NCBI GenBank assembly: GCA_951406725.2
Contig: OX597825.1
Coordinates: 64,108,001-64,172,000, forward strand
DNA length: 64,000 bases
Direction: 5' to 3'
DNA from: Octopus vulgaris
Taxonomy: Eukaryota
A program made the translations under genes and the position numbers. This document shows positions 1-12,933 of the stretch, one piece after another. The notes beneath the pieces were generated by a model. The model was given only the letters and a program-made list of their open reading frames with translations. It had not been told where the DNA came from and did no database searches. Position 1 is the stretch's first letter, and each line of letters opens with the position of its first letter.

Positions 1-76
1 ACACACCCTCTATCAGATCGACATTACCTGCATAGGTGCAACAAATGCCATATGTCAGACTTTGAAATGACCACTG

Positions 77-192
77 AGCAACGTGAAATGAAGTGTTTTC
101 CTCGAGATCACAACGCAACGCCCAGTCTGGGAATCGAACCGACGATCTCGCAATTGTGAGTGCAACGCCCTAAGCACTAGGCCATCCGTCTT
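77..192 (-). mobile_element. tRNA-derived CORE-type SINE (family D), head fragment
   Basis: Plus strand reads gcaacgtgaaatgaagtgttttc...ctgggaatcgaacc...cctaagcactaggcca. This is the reverse complement of a tRNA-like head with pol III A/B boxes plus a CORE-like segment, matching the fuller copy at 38410-38645. Confidence 0.75.
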
Positions 193-1498
193 TATATATA
201 TATATAAACATACACATGCACGCACGCGCGCACGCATACACGCACACACACATATATATATATAACGTCCACTTCGCTGCACATAGTCTCATATGCATAT
301 CACTGTGCATGTATTTTTCTATGTGTTTGCCTGGCTGCATGTATTGTGTGTGTGTGTATGTATGTGTGTGTGCTCATGATACTTACACACTGACTAACGC
401 TAGTTACATCTCAGTGGACGAGATGAATCATAGATCAGGTTAAAGATAATAAATCAGAAGGGATTTCCATTAAAACATCACACTGAACAATAACAGTTCA
501 TGTTTTTTTCATTTATGTTGTTTTATATATTCACGCGGACACATATATACAATAGCAACTCACGCACATAATCAGGAACACATAAGGAGCACTGATTGAT
601 TTTTGCTTTCATTTACAATGTTATGGCAGACGAACCCTGAAAAATCAATTGGTTGCATTATACACCTTCCAGCTTCTTTAATTATAAATATACTTTCTCT
701 ACATTAGAGAACATGTACATACAGACACTGGATACGTTTATATGCAATTCATCCTCCTGGGATTCACACGAGAAAACGGTAAAAGTTCAGTTTATTATAT
801 GTTGAAACATAACGTAAATAGTGTCTATATGCGCACTCATCCGAACGCGCATTGTAATCGTGACTTCGATTCCTGGACTGTGTGATGCTCTGGTTTCTGG
901 AGCAAAATGCATCGTCTCAACTAGCTCTAGTCCTACTAATCCTTCTATCATTTATCGGACCTGTAGCTTTAAAAATCCTTGTTTTTATCCATATATACAC
1001 CACGTGAAGTTTTTGATAGTGGGTACAGTAATGCTTATCGACCATGGCTCAGATATAAGGATAGGCTGAAGAGTAACCATTGAACAAACAGCTTCGAAGC
1101 GAACAAAATGGAGATTGGGGCGCAAAGCAAATGAGGAAACAGCTGCAAATATACCGCCTGCACTGACCCGTAATCTTCAAACCTGCAGCATATATGGGAT
1201 TCTTAGCAATTCGTCGGCGGCAGTCAATGTCACATTCGACATAAACATTATAACTGGCAAAGAAAGTGTAAGTTGTAAGATCTTCATATTTTCACCCTCT
1301 GAAAACCGACAGAAGAGTCCATCATGTATATATATATAAAAAAGGAAATGAAGAAAATGCTGACAAAATAATTTAAGTAATTTAAGTAATTTAATTAGGT
1401 GAAAGTTCTTTTTACCGGTTGCGCATTTGTTATGCTTATCAAAAGATATTTTTTTAAGAGAGAAAGAGTTCCTTTCTGATAGATTTTTTCCTCATGCG

Positions 1499-1640
1499 CC
1501 CTTTTAAAGCCTAGCCAGCTTCATGGGCCTGGTTTCCCGGTTTCAATGGTGTATGTGTTCCCTAGCTGGACGGGACGCCAGTCCATCGCAGCGTTACTCA
1601 TTTTTGCCAGCTGAGTGGACTGGAGCAACGTGAAATGAAG
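1499..1640 (-). mobile_element. SINE family D, 3' part (5'-truncated)
   Basis: ccttttaaagcctagccag...gagtggactggagcaacgtgaaatgaag aligns almost base for base with 38410-38543. Confidence 0.8.
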
Positions 1641-2311
1641 AGCCCATAACGACTTGCAGAATTTTTGAATCTTGTAGTGAGAGTGGGAAAGGGGACATAT
1701 AGCAAGGTCCTATGTTTGGAACATTCAAATGAGCAGGAAAAATACCATGTGGCATCCAGTTAGACGTTCTCAAAGCCTCGACAATGCATTGTCTTCGATA
1801 AGTACATCTTCACTACTTCAAACAGATGAATATCAAAAGTTGGTGTCAGCCATATATGAACTTGGAGCGCAAAAGAACTCATTACAAATGTTACGATGCA
1901 ATTTTTCCGACGTTTTCTAATAACTCTGCTAGAAGTGTGATTGCGTGCACACGCGCCTCTGTGTGTGCATGCGTGTGAGTGGTTGTGTGTATGTGTTGTA
2001 CTTTATTCGCATGTGTCACAATGTTAATGTTTGTATATACATGTGCCACACTGTGTATCTGTGAGTGTGTATGTGTGTATGTATTCATTTTATGTAATCA
2101 TTTGCGAAGTTCAGAATTCTATTCACATTTCTTACTGAATTGAAAAACACACTACCATTTTTCAATGAAAAATCTCGAGAAATGTCCATTCAAATGTCAA
2201 ACGATTAAAAATGACAAATTGTTAAAGAATATTGTGTCATTTTCTAAGAAAATATAATAACCACAATGATGGTAACATGGCATTTGTTTTCTTTGTTTAG
2301 TTCTTGGTCAG

Positions 2312-2700
2312 TCACTCCCCACTGTTTCCATGCCTAATCAAATACTCTTCCTTCAACAACGAAGATCCAATCATTTCTGTTATTAATTTATGTAGGATTC
2401 TATTTTGCAATATATTTTTCGTATTTCTCTTTTCTAATGCTAGATTATGGAGTATGTTACACTTGACTACTGCTTCAGGCAAGCTAGATTTCCGCATTTC
2501 GCTTCCCACGTTGTATTGAAAACTCAATAAATTGTGTTCGACGGCTTGTAAACAAACTCAACTAAGTGATCTATTTCCATCAATATGGCATCACCATTCA
2601 ATCATATGTCTGAACATTAACTCTATCAGTCGTATATGTATAATTATGTTATGGATGTCATTAATCAATCAAATAACAGATTCGTCAGTGATTATGCGAT
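2312..2700 (-). pseudogene. possible highly decayed PIF/Harbinger (HARBI1-like DDE) transposase C-terminal fragment
   Basis: The minus-strand translation contains VVKCNILHNLAL, resembling the Harbinger C-terminal IVACCILHN motif. It is preceded in broken frames by LMT and RHMIE motifs resembling WLMTP and RxxIERxFG. Many stops and frameshifts. Confidence 0.3.
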
Positions 2701-3852
2701 TGGAGGTGGGATATATGCAAATGAAAAGTTTTTTGCAAGCCCACTAATAACACATTTGAACGTTAAATCATGCACGTCTTGGATATAATTATCTGAATAA
2801 TTTTACATGGTAATTTAAACATGAATGTTTGGATTTTTTAAAATATTTTTAAAAACAAAATTAAGATCCATTTCTGAAATTCGATGACCAGATTAATAGA
2901 GATAAAATATAACTTCAAGTTATTATTAACTTTATTCCAGGAATTAAATACATATATCAGTTTCCATCCTGTAGAGATCTGCAAGAACAAACTCCAAGAA
3001 AGTAAATACGATACCTTTAGTGTATGTCTACAAAGAATATTTGCAGAACAAATTCGGTTTATTTAGCAGAGGAGTAAAAGTAAGATGCCAACGTGATATA
3101 AACTGATTATGTTATGAAATGACTGTTTTCTTTTTTGTTTAATATAAACAAATACTATACTCACAAAGTAATCTTATATTATTTGCTCAACCCACAGAAA
3201 TTCAAACGAATATCATGAATAATTTGTTGTTGTTTTTTTTTCCTGCAAGTGTAGGCAGCAGAAATTTTAAGTGTTTGGACTAAGGAAATAAGAAAGACAT
3301 ATCTGTGACACACAAGTTTATCGTAAAAACACCGACAGCTCACATTACATAACGTAGTCATAGTTACCACTCCTCCACCAGATAATTGAGTAGCCAGAAT
3401 TCCAATGATATTATTGCGTCTGCCTGATCTTGATTTCGCTGTGTACTAAGTAAGGATACGAACTATTTGGCAGCGTGTAACAGTGCAATAAGAACAAGGA
3501 GGAAATTAACAGTTATTATATAAACAGATAAGTAACAATAACACGTATAATTAGAAGAATGTGAGGTAGCCATTTTATATTACCTGAAAGTAGTTGATTT
3601 GGATTGAGTCCTAAGTTAACCCTGTTTGAAACTAACACACCGGTTGTAAGCTATATGTAATGCATATTATGCTCCGAGCCCATCTTTTTTTTATGTACTA
3701 CAGGAAGAATTTGTCTGTTATTTCCATCTTATAAAACAACGACGTTTGATGCCAATAATTTAGAAATATTTTCAGAAGATAATGTTTGAATGTATTAATG
3801 ACGTGTATTTCTGTATTACTAATATTGTAATTGTAGTACTTAGAAACACTGT

Positions 3853-4232
3853 GGGGGTGCAATGGCCCAGTGGTTAGGGCAGCGGACTCGCGGTCGTAGG
3901 ATCGCGGTTTCGATTCCCAGACCGGACGTTGTAAGTGTTTATTGAGCGAAAACACCTAAAAGCTCCACGAGGCTCCGGCAGGGATGGTGGTGATCCCTGC
4001 TGTACTCTTTCACCACAATTTTCTCTCACTCTTACTTCCTGTTTCTGTTGTACCTGTATTTCAAAGGGCCGGCATTGTCACTCTCTGTGTCACGCTGAAT
4101 ATCCCCGAGAACTGCGTTAAGCGTACAAGTATCTGTGGAGTGCTCAGCCACTTACACGTTAATTTCACGAGTAGGCTGTTCCGTTGATTCGGATGAACCC
4201 GAACCCTCGTCGTCGTAACCGACGGAGTGCTT
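3853..4232 (+). mobile_element. full-length tRNA-derived SINE (family C, ~380 bp)
   Basis: A box TGGCCCAGTGG and B box GGTTTCGATTCCC. The body and tail ...cgtcgtcgtaaccgacggagtgctt are near-identical to the inverted copy at 27629-27995. Confidence 0.9.
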
Positions 4233-5188
4233 ACAGAGAAAATAAAAGAAGAACTTATAAACACGGAGATGTGGTCTTCCATATTAGACGGGGCAACAAG
4301 CAGAATTCTTAGAGTGAAAGGCAAAACGTCTTTCAATGTTTCGCTAAATCCTTTTATGTTCGTAGTCCAAATCTCACCGAATCAATCTTTACCCATCATT
4401 TTCTACGATCTATGAAGTAATCACTTGTATAGATTCAATCAAACACACAATTCTCACAAATATTTATGTTTCTTTTTATTTATTTATCATGACTTCGTCT
4501 GAAAAATTAAACGCATCATCCAGCCGTGTGTTCATTCGACAGTAGAATAATCGTAGCACTGTAAGAGAAAACCAGTGTAGAGTATAAATTTTCTGACAGA
4601 AAGCACTCCTATAGCGGAAAGTAGTATGTTGCATCAGTGTATGAAATGATTACGTTTCAATAGAGTAACGATCTCAATAAATATATCCAAAACCGTTCTC
4701 ATTCAATGAAAGGCTTTAGGAAAACGCTTAATTTTCTTAATCGGGTATGTTAGTGAAAGGCTTTTTTCTGCGTCTTCCGTAAAACAAATTGAACATTAGT
4801 ATGGTTCTACGACCATGAATTTTCAATTATGCGACGAATTTTCAAACAGACTAAACGAATTTTCTTACATCTGGTGGAGTATTCCACAAACAGACTCTTG
4901 TACACGAAACCTAGTTCGCAACCAGAATCGGAGTTAAAGCGCGTGTCAAAACAAAAACATTTTGAAATACAGGTATAATACACATACAAAGCTTCCATAC
5001 AGTTACCATTTCACCACTTTCACTCAAAACCTATGGCCTTTGCACAAGACTTGGAAAAGGATAATTGACAAAAATTCCTCGTGACTAAATTGCATCATTA
5101 ACCCTGTTTTTCCGAAACGACCTTTTTAAACATTCGACCTTAACAAGCTTGTGCATATGCACAGACGTACAGTCACAAAGGCACGCTT

Positions 5189-5204
5189 ATTCATATATAT
5201 GTAC

Positions 5205-5288
<84 letters not shown>

Positions 5289-5327
5289 GCATACATACAT
5301 ATATATATATATATGTATGTATGCATG

Positions 5328-5377
<50 letters not shown>

Positions 5378-5387
5378 CATGTATATA

Positions 5388-5439
<52 letters not shown>

Positions 5440-5710
5440 CATGTATATATATATATATATGTATATATATATTTATATATATATATATATATATATACGT
5501 GATTGTATGCACGTGTGTATGTGTAAGTGTGTGCTTGTGTACACATATGTCTATATATGCATAGATAAGTGTGTACAAATATATATAAATATATCTCGGT
5601 GTGTGTCTGTGTATGTGAACGTATGAGTGTATATGTGTGTATATGTGTGTATGTGTGTGTACGTGTATTTTTGTGTATTTGTGTATGTGTGTGTATGTGT
5701 GTGTGTGTAT
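5189..5710. repeat. compound (TA)n/(TATG)n/(TG)n microsatellite tract
   Basis: Directly visible. This is the source of the YIYI/CVCV ORFs. Confidence 0.97.
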
Positions 5711-6270
5711 ACACAAATCTTCTGTCGTATGACGGATCAGATCGTTTCAGGTTACACAAGACGTTGTTATGTAGAAATTTATGTAAAGAAAGCCATTCCA
5801 TTCATTCCCAAGTAATAATATCCATTGAAGTGTTTGAACTTAGCTCTAAAAGTCAATGAAATGCTTGTCAGTTCTACAGCAATTATAATGTTTCCACAGA
5901 TTTAAACATTATACGCTGTAGGACAGCAACATATCACTAGGCTAGCTTCTATTCATTAAGAGATAATGTGAGATGTTATTACATCTTCGGCTTGTTTATG
6001 GAGTAATGTAATAGTTTTGTGGCGGATGTATCACCTAAAGACTGGATCTTAGGATCTGATTGTTGCAGAGTAACAGGACTCATAAACAAAAATAGCTCGG
6101 AGTATCCAATAAAAGATGTTCAAGATAAAATATTGTTGTTACTTTTCTTTGATGAGTTCCATAAACAATATAGATAATACGACAATACATACATATGTGT
6201 GTTTGTGCGTGTGAATATGTGTGTGTGCGTGCGTGTTTGTGTGTATGCATATGTATATATATGTATATAT

Positions 6271-6486
6271 AAGGCGGCGAGCTGGCCGAAATGTTATCAT
6301 GCTGGGCGAAATGCTTAGCAGCATTTCATCTGTCTTCACGTTCTGAGTTCAGACTCCCCCGAGGTCCACTTTGCCTTTCATCCTTTTAGGTCGATAAATT
6401 AAGTAGGACTTATATACTGGGGTCGATCTAATCGACTAGCCTCTCCCCCAAAATGTCCAGCCTTGTGGCTAGGGTAGGAAAGAATA
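6271..6486 (+). mobile_element. SINE family A (GGCGGCGAGCTGGCAGAA head; GTCGACTTTGCCTTTCATCCTTTCGGGGTCGAT central domain)
   Basis: Head, B-box-like GAGTTCA(A/G)A(T/C)TCC and the central domain are shared with more than 15 other copies in the window. Confidence 0.88.
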
Positions 6487-6542
6487 TAAGTGTATATAGG
6501 TGTATATATATATATGTGTGTGTGTGTGTATACATATATGTA

Positions 6543-6601
<59 letters not shown>

Positions 6602-8699
6602 ATACACACACATATATATATAGTGTATACAATATATATGTATTATGTATATGTATATTTACGTTATATTTTTTATAACATATATGTATAATATATATAT
6701 GTGTGTGTGTGTATGTATATATATAAGTATATATATAATACGTATATGCATAATATATGTGTGTGTATATGTAGGTATGCGTGCATGTGAGTGTAATTGT
6801 GCGTCTGTGAGTTTATTCCGACTTGAACTGACATTAAAATGTTATATGTTATACTGAATAATGAGCTAATCAATACAACGGCTTGATTAAATTTTAATTG
6901 CGTTTCTGTGAGCCGTTATAAATACAGCTACAACATACACATCTCAAGGACTGATACTAGTGCTACTACTTAGCGGTAATTAACTACAAATGTGAATTAT
7001 AATGGCGATGTTGATGGTAATGTGATGACGACAACGACGACGATAATCAATAGAAGGCAAGAGGGGACAACACACTTCCTTTTGTTTGGTGTCAATTACA
7101 CAAAATATTAAGGAGAGAAAATGTGTTAAACTTATGAATGAGGAATGCAAAAAAAAATACTTAAAAGATTGTTTAAAATAAACTAAGCAGGATCTTCCTT
7201 CCTGTAAGATGCTTCAATAAGTCGCAATGCTTTTCGAGTATAAACACACCATGATAATGGAAGTGTAGCTTCGGAGAATGTATTTAAATTTATTTATAGA
7301 GAACCGTTATGAAAGCATCCAGAACACAATATTAATGTTAATGAATTGCGAATGGTTAAATTTTATCTGAAATACAGAAACAAAGAATCAACCAAAGGGC
7401 TTTCAAATATGGAAAGGGAATTTACTACAAATAACAGTATTTTTTTTCTTTAATAGGCAAAATAGAAGAGAATATTTGAGACATTGCATCTAGGTCAAAT
7501 TTTGCAGGAATATTAAAGTGCAGAAAAGCAATTCCATCATAGATCTGTACAATTAATTATGATCGATGGTTAAAGAAATTATTTTTTATGTAAATGGTGT
7601 ATACTTTTTAAAAAAATCTATGTTACTTTGTGGTTATATATTTCAAAAGCCTATTTGTAACTATAATGGATATATTGATTTCCTGTTTGTACTGAACACC
7701 AAATGCTGAGTATGGTCGATTAACCTGGTATAAATAGCAGTAAAATTTCTTTCACATTACACTGTGTTATCTTTAACCCTGTTTATACCAACCTGTGTTA
7801 GACTATCACTGATTCTATAATGTAAACATTCCGTTTTAAAGCGATCCATAAGTTTTCATATCAAAATATCTTGTTAATTCGTGTCCCATTCATATTTTGC
7901 CCTATTCTTCGTATCTTGAAAATGAACTGAAATAATCAGTTTATTTCAAAAGAAATATAGTGACAAAATTGTAATTAAAGAGCCCAAGAATATATTAACA
8001 AAATTATCAAGATTTTCGTTTTGTGATCCCCAGTTAGACTCCACTGTTTTAGGCATATGTCTTTAAAGTCATCGCATATCGATCCTTCATTTGTGTGTGA
8101 GAATCTGCAATTTAAAGGGCAGTCATATCAACCAATTCACCATAAGGTCAGTCCTTGCTGTTGTGTTGTGTTACGACTCAATTGATGGCCAAAATCTCTT
8201 CATGGAAAAATCAAAGTTACAGATGACAATTCAAAACCAGAACATACCGGGAGAGGAAAGACAAGCCATTATCGCAGACAGTGGAGAAATGTCATCATTG
8301 TCCTACGCTCTATACGGAGCGGAGGGTTTAAGTCAAGTAAATAATGTCAAACACTGACTCACGTTGATTCTACACAGCCTAGAAGAGCAGCTATTTCAGT
8401 TGATCACAAACAACGAAATATTCATTCTCCAAAGCGACGGAAATCTATAATTTAATACATAGCGTTTAAAAAGATAGGATAGACATACCTGGATACGTCA
8501 TTGATAAAAACAAAATATGCTGAACGAATATTCAAATGATATAAAACAGTAACAACAAACAGAAAGTAAGGTGAATATTCCTTCAAAACTAACAACTACG
8601 CTGTTGCGAAACCAAGTTCACAATGTTACTGCTAAGCCTGTTCTTAGCCAGCACCAAGTAAATGCAGCAGTTGTTAGGCTTCCTATACAGACAACACCT

Positions 8700-9292
8700 G
8701 TTTCTGTCATTACGTTTTGGGTTCAAATTCCGCCGAGGTCGACTTTGCCTTTTATCATTTCAGGATGGATAAATTAAGTACAAGTTACGTACTGGGGTCG
8801 ATCTAATCGAGTGGCTCCTCCCTCCAAACGTCGGGCCTTTTGCCTAAAGTAGAAAAGAATAATCCTCTGTTTTATTCGCCTAACCCTTCTAAAGGCGGCG
8901 AGCTGGCAGAGGCGTTACCACGCCGGGCGAATTTTCGGTATTTCGTCTGACTTTACGTTCTGAGTTCAAATTCCACCTAGGTTGACTTTGCCTTTCATCC
9001 TTTCGGGGTCGATAAATTAATTACCAGTTGCATACTGGGTTCGATCTAATCGATTGGCCTCCTCCCCCAAATTTTGGTCCTTGTGCCTAGAGCAGAAAAG
9101 AATAAGGCGGCGAGCTGGCAGAAACGTTAGCACGCAGGGTGAAATGCTTAGAAGTATTTCGTCTGTCTTTACGTTCTCAGTTCAAATTCCGTCGAGGTCG
9201 ACTTTGCCTTTCATCCTTTCGGGATAAGTAAATTAAGTGCCAGTTGGGTACTGGAGTCGATCTTTCGGGCCTTCTGCCTGGAGCCTAGAGTA
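8700..9292 (+). mobile_element. head-to-tail cluster of three family A SINEs (8700-8860 partial, 8892-9103, 9104-9292)
   Basis: Three successive central domains, with aaggcggcgagctggcaga heads at 8892 and 9104. Confidence 0.88.
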
Positions 9293-11681
9293 GCATATGA
9301 TCCAAAGTGAAGAACTTATCATTACTTTCAGCCTATCGATGTAAAAGCATCCAATTTATTAAATGGAATCTACTACTATACTTTAATTGAAAACCGGAAC
9401 TTTAGCGGCACTCAGATTCAGAATGTTGAGAAAACAGTAAAAATTAATTTCCGATTTGATGCAAAATTCACGTGCTTCATGGAGAATATTCTTTTATTTT
9501 ATATAATGGTCTCAAAGCACAAGAGCAGAATAAATGTAGTGAAATAACATTGTTAATAGGCATAAGATTATGATTCTATTCACCCAGTTTACTTTCTGTC
9601 AGTGTGTAAATGTTAATCTTTTACTCTATAAGAAATTGATTGATATTGTAATGATGTTAAACCCTAAGTTGGCCTTAACTGAGTGGGCAACTATACAACG
9701 ATATTCTTAACATGCATATCCGTTCCTCCTTTATTAAAGAAGTTGATTATGAATTTTTTGCTTTATTGCTACAATTTTTCTAACATCATAGAAGCAACTT
9801 TCTTAAGTGAAACTCAGCAATAGTGTAAATAAATTTATTTACACTACTGTAAATATATTTACTTTATTTTGTTTAACATGATTCGTTTCCTCAAATTTAT
9901 TGATAGTTAAATTTGTATTGGAAAAGAACGAAAATGAAAGTAGACTTTGTCGGATTTAAAAGCGAATATCGATAAGTCCTTATAAAATAATATGATAATG
10001 AGACCGCTCAATCATTTCACGAAAACTGTTTTGTTCTAACCCAAACATTTGCCACGCACCTGCAGAGTTTTCTGATAGTTGTCCATTCGCTTTCATTTGG
10101 CATTTACCTATATGTTTATAATAATTTAATATTATATACTATACAAAGATAAAATCGAGTAATGTAATTTAGCTTGACAACCACTTCCTACTTGCTAAGG
10201 TTTCAACACAAAATGTTCAAAAAATATCCCCAAACCATAAAACACGTCCACTTGTTAATGCAATTATTTCAACAATGTAAATATCAGAAAAGCATTATTT
10301 GGTAATGAACTGCCACGGAAAACGGAAAACAACATAGGAATTCTCAAAACTTTTATTAACGTAAAAATACATGTATACATAAAATAAATAACACAACCGC
10401 ATTAATGATCATTGAAAGAAAAATGAAAGAAATTATTGGTCAAACCACTAATTAGGTAAATCCACTTTTCACTGCAATGTAACTTCACTGCAAAAATTTT
10501 CATTAGTTGTTTCATTAATTTTATATTTATTCAGAAACAAAATATTTGTGTCTGCAACGACTTTTGACAATTAGTTACACAGCTTGTTAATAATAAGAAA
10601 AGGAGCTGTCGAGAAAATACTCTTCGAAGGAAATGCTGTGACAGGTACAGACTTAATCTATCTCTCAAGCCTAGAGTAAAATATATATCCCAATTGTTAT
10701 CCCGCTACTGTAGAGCATATATTCATGTGCATACCGAGATAAAATATAAAAACATCGTCTTTCCATGTTTACTAGATACTGGACCTGTCCACCAATATTT
10801 CTTCATATAATGTATTCAAAGCAGATGTCATTAGTGCTACCGAGAGCTTCTTTTTTGTTACGATTGATGAAAGAAAGCTTTATATGTCAATGCTATATTA
10901 TTATGATCAATGCTACCCTTTACTGGTGCATTTACGTTTCTCTAGGTAATATTCTTCCATTATATTACGTGTCAGAGATTTGATTTTGATTGTTGTTTTT
11001 AAATCATAATTGTCTCTTTGTTTTCTTTCATTCAACAGATGACAATGTTGAATGCCAATGAATTTCTGAAGAAGAGATTTGTTTGACTAAGTTCTTGTAA
11101 GTTATCACATCTGTTGCAACGCACCATATATTAAAGTGTGTTCCTTGATGTTTAGGTTGATCATTGAGACCTATGTTCATTGTTAGTTTCCAACTAGTAA
11201 GATGTCTGCAATAACTAAACACCGCTCACGCGCTGGTAGGTCCTACAAAGTAGAAACTATCACCTCATTTCGTTAGTTAGCACCATTGAATGATACAAAT
11301 GAAAGACATTTGACAATATTTACCCCTGGATTGAATAATTCCAGAACTGGCTTTATACAAAGTTAAAGACTTAGGCCGAAGGAACCGAGATCGTTTCATA
11401 TATTACAATTATTTCCAGCATTCTCTATATTCTGAATGTAGCCAGAGATCTCCTAATCTTGAACAAATATTACCACACCAGTCTTTGTCTTTGTTCCCAT
11501 ATACATACATAAATTTTATCATTAGTAATGTGACATTTATGAGCCTATGAATGCTAATATTATCTTCGTATATAATAGTATAACACATCTGCGGATAAGT
11601 CAGTGCCGATTGACCTTAGAAATTATATAGGACAAGTCATATCCATCTTTTGTTTTCGTTTTAATATTATACGATAATGAT

Positions 11682-11825
11682 AAGGCGGTGATCTCAGAGA
11701 ATCGTTAGTACACCGGGCAAAATGCTCAGTGGCATTTCGCCCGTGATTACGGTCTGATTTCAAATTCCGCCAATGTGCACTTTGCCTTAAACCCTTTCGG
11801 AGTCAATAAAATAAGTATCTGTTGC
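11682..11825 (+). mobile_element. diverged family A SINE fragment
   Basis: aaggcggtgatctcagagaatcgttagtacaccgggcaaaatgctc...ctttgccttaaaccctttcggagtcaataaaataagta. Confidence 0.7.
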
Positions 11826-12707
11826 CGGGTGTGAGTGCATCTATGTGTTTTGGGGTAACTCTTAGAAAGACAGAAAGAGAGAAAAGAGCGTGCATGTAGA
11901 GGTAGTTTGACCGTACTTAATAAGTTTCTTCGGCCATTACAAGAAGTATCTCCGTGCATCGCTGGCGTTTCATATAGGTGATAGTTTATGTAGGATTTGG
12001 TGGGGCGAACTTATAAATGAAATTGTGCAAGTAGAAGTTCGTGTAACCTGACACGTATATTGTATCAGGAATGGAAATGTCCATACTTGTTTCATATGAT
12101 GAAGCTATATCCGCATGGGAATTACGCTAAAGTTTCACAAGCGTGCTGAATACATGACCATATACATAATTCATTAAGGAAGAGATGGGTTGATAACAGA
12201 GCTAAAACACCGTGATTTTATGCAATTGTGTATGCACGTACGCACAAACACACAGATCTATGTGATGTGTTTGATGTATATATAGTTTTGATGGACCACT
12301 TACTGTAGTACTTGTTCTGAGACGACTTCGTTGATGACTGAAAATATCAATGGGATATGAAGATCCGTGAAAGCGGCAGACTACAAGAACGCCGGTTGCC
12401 GTTCGTCCTTAATGGGAATTTTCCATGCGTATACTCGCAGCCAGCCATAAACGCGGAAGTAATTCGTCCCTCCTGATATAGGATCCACTAAACAAAACAT
12501 TTCTTGCCATGGCATCATGATCGTCGTTACAGAGTCTCATCTTTGTCTCTTGTCGATATTTCGGGAAATCACAAAATACTAATTCGAAAAGAGATGCTAT
12601 TTCCGAACTAAATATCAGTAACAGGTCTATGAACCTTGTTTAAGTACATTAAGTATGATATATAAAGGACGATTTTAATTGAAAACAATCTAAGTTGAGT
12701 TTCCGGG

Positions 12708-12740
<33 letters not shown>

Positions 12741-12871
12741 GCTGTGTGTGAGGGTACGTACTTGTCCTTATGGGTTTGTGTATACATACATACTTACACG
12801 CAAATAGATTGATAAATATGTAGATATATGGTTAAAACGTATGCATATACTGATACACCTATACACATGTT

Positions 12872-12930
<59 letters not shown>

Positions 12931-12933
<3 letters not shown>

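Noticed and set aside
3853-3925. tRNA-like sequences with A/B boxes (also 19205-19281, 27930-27995, 38575-38645)
   Set aside because: They are SINE heads continuous with SINE bodies, several bounded by TSDs, and are not stand-alone tRNA genes.
5149-5859. Long ORFs rich in YI/CV/HT dipeptides (also at 13.5, 15, 31, 44.5, 52.7 kb)
   Set aside because: They are translations of (TA)n/(TG)n/(CA)n microsatellites, which lack stop codons, and are not genes.
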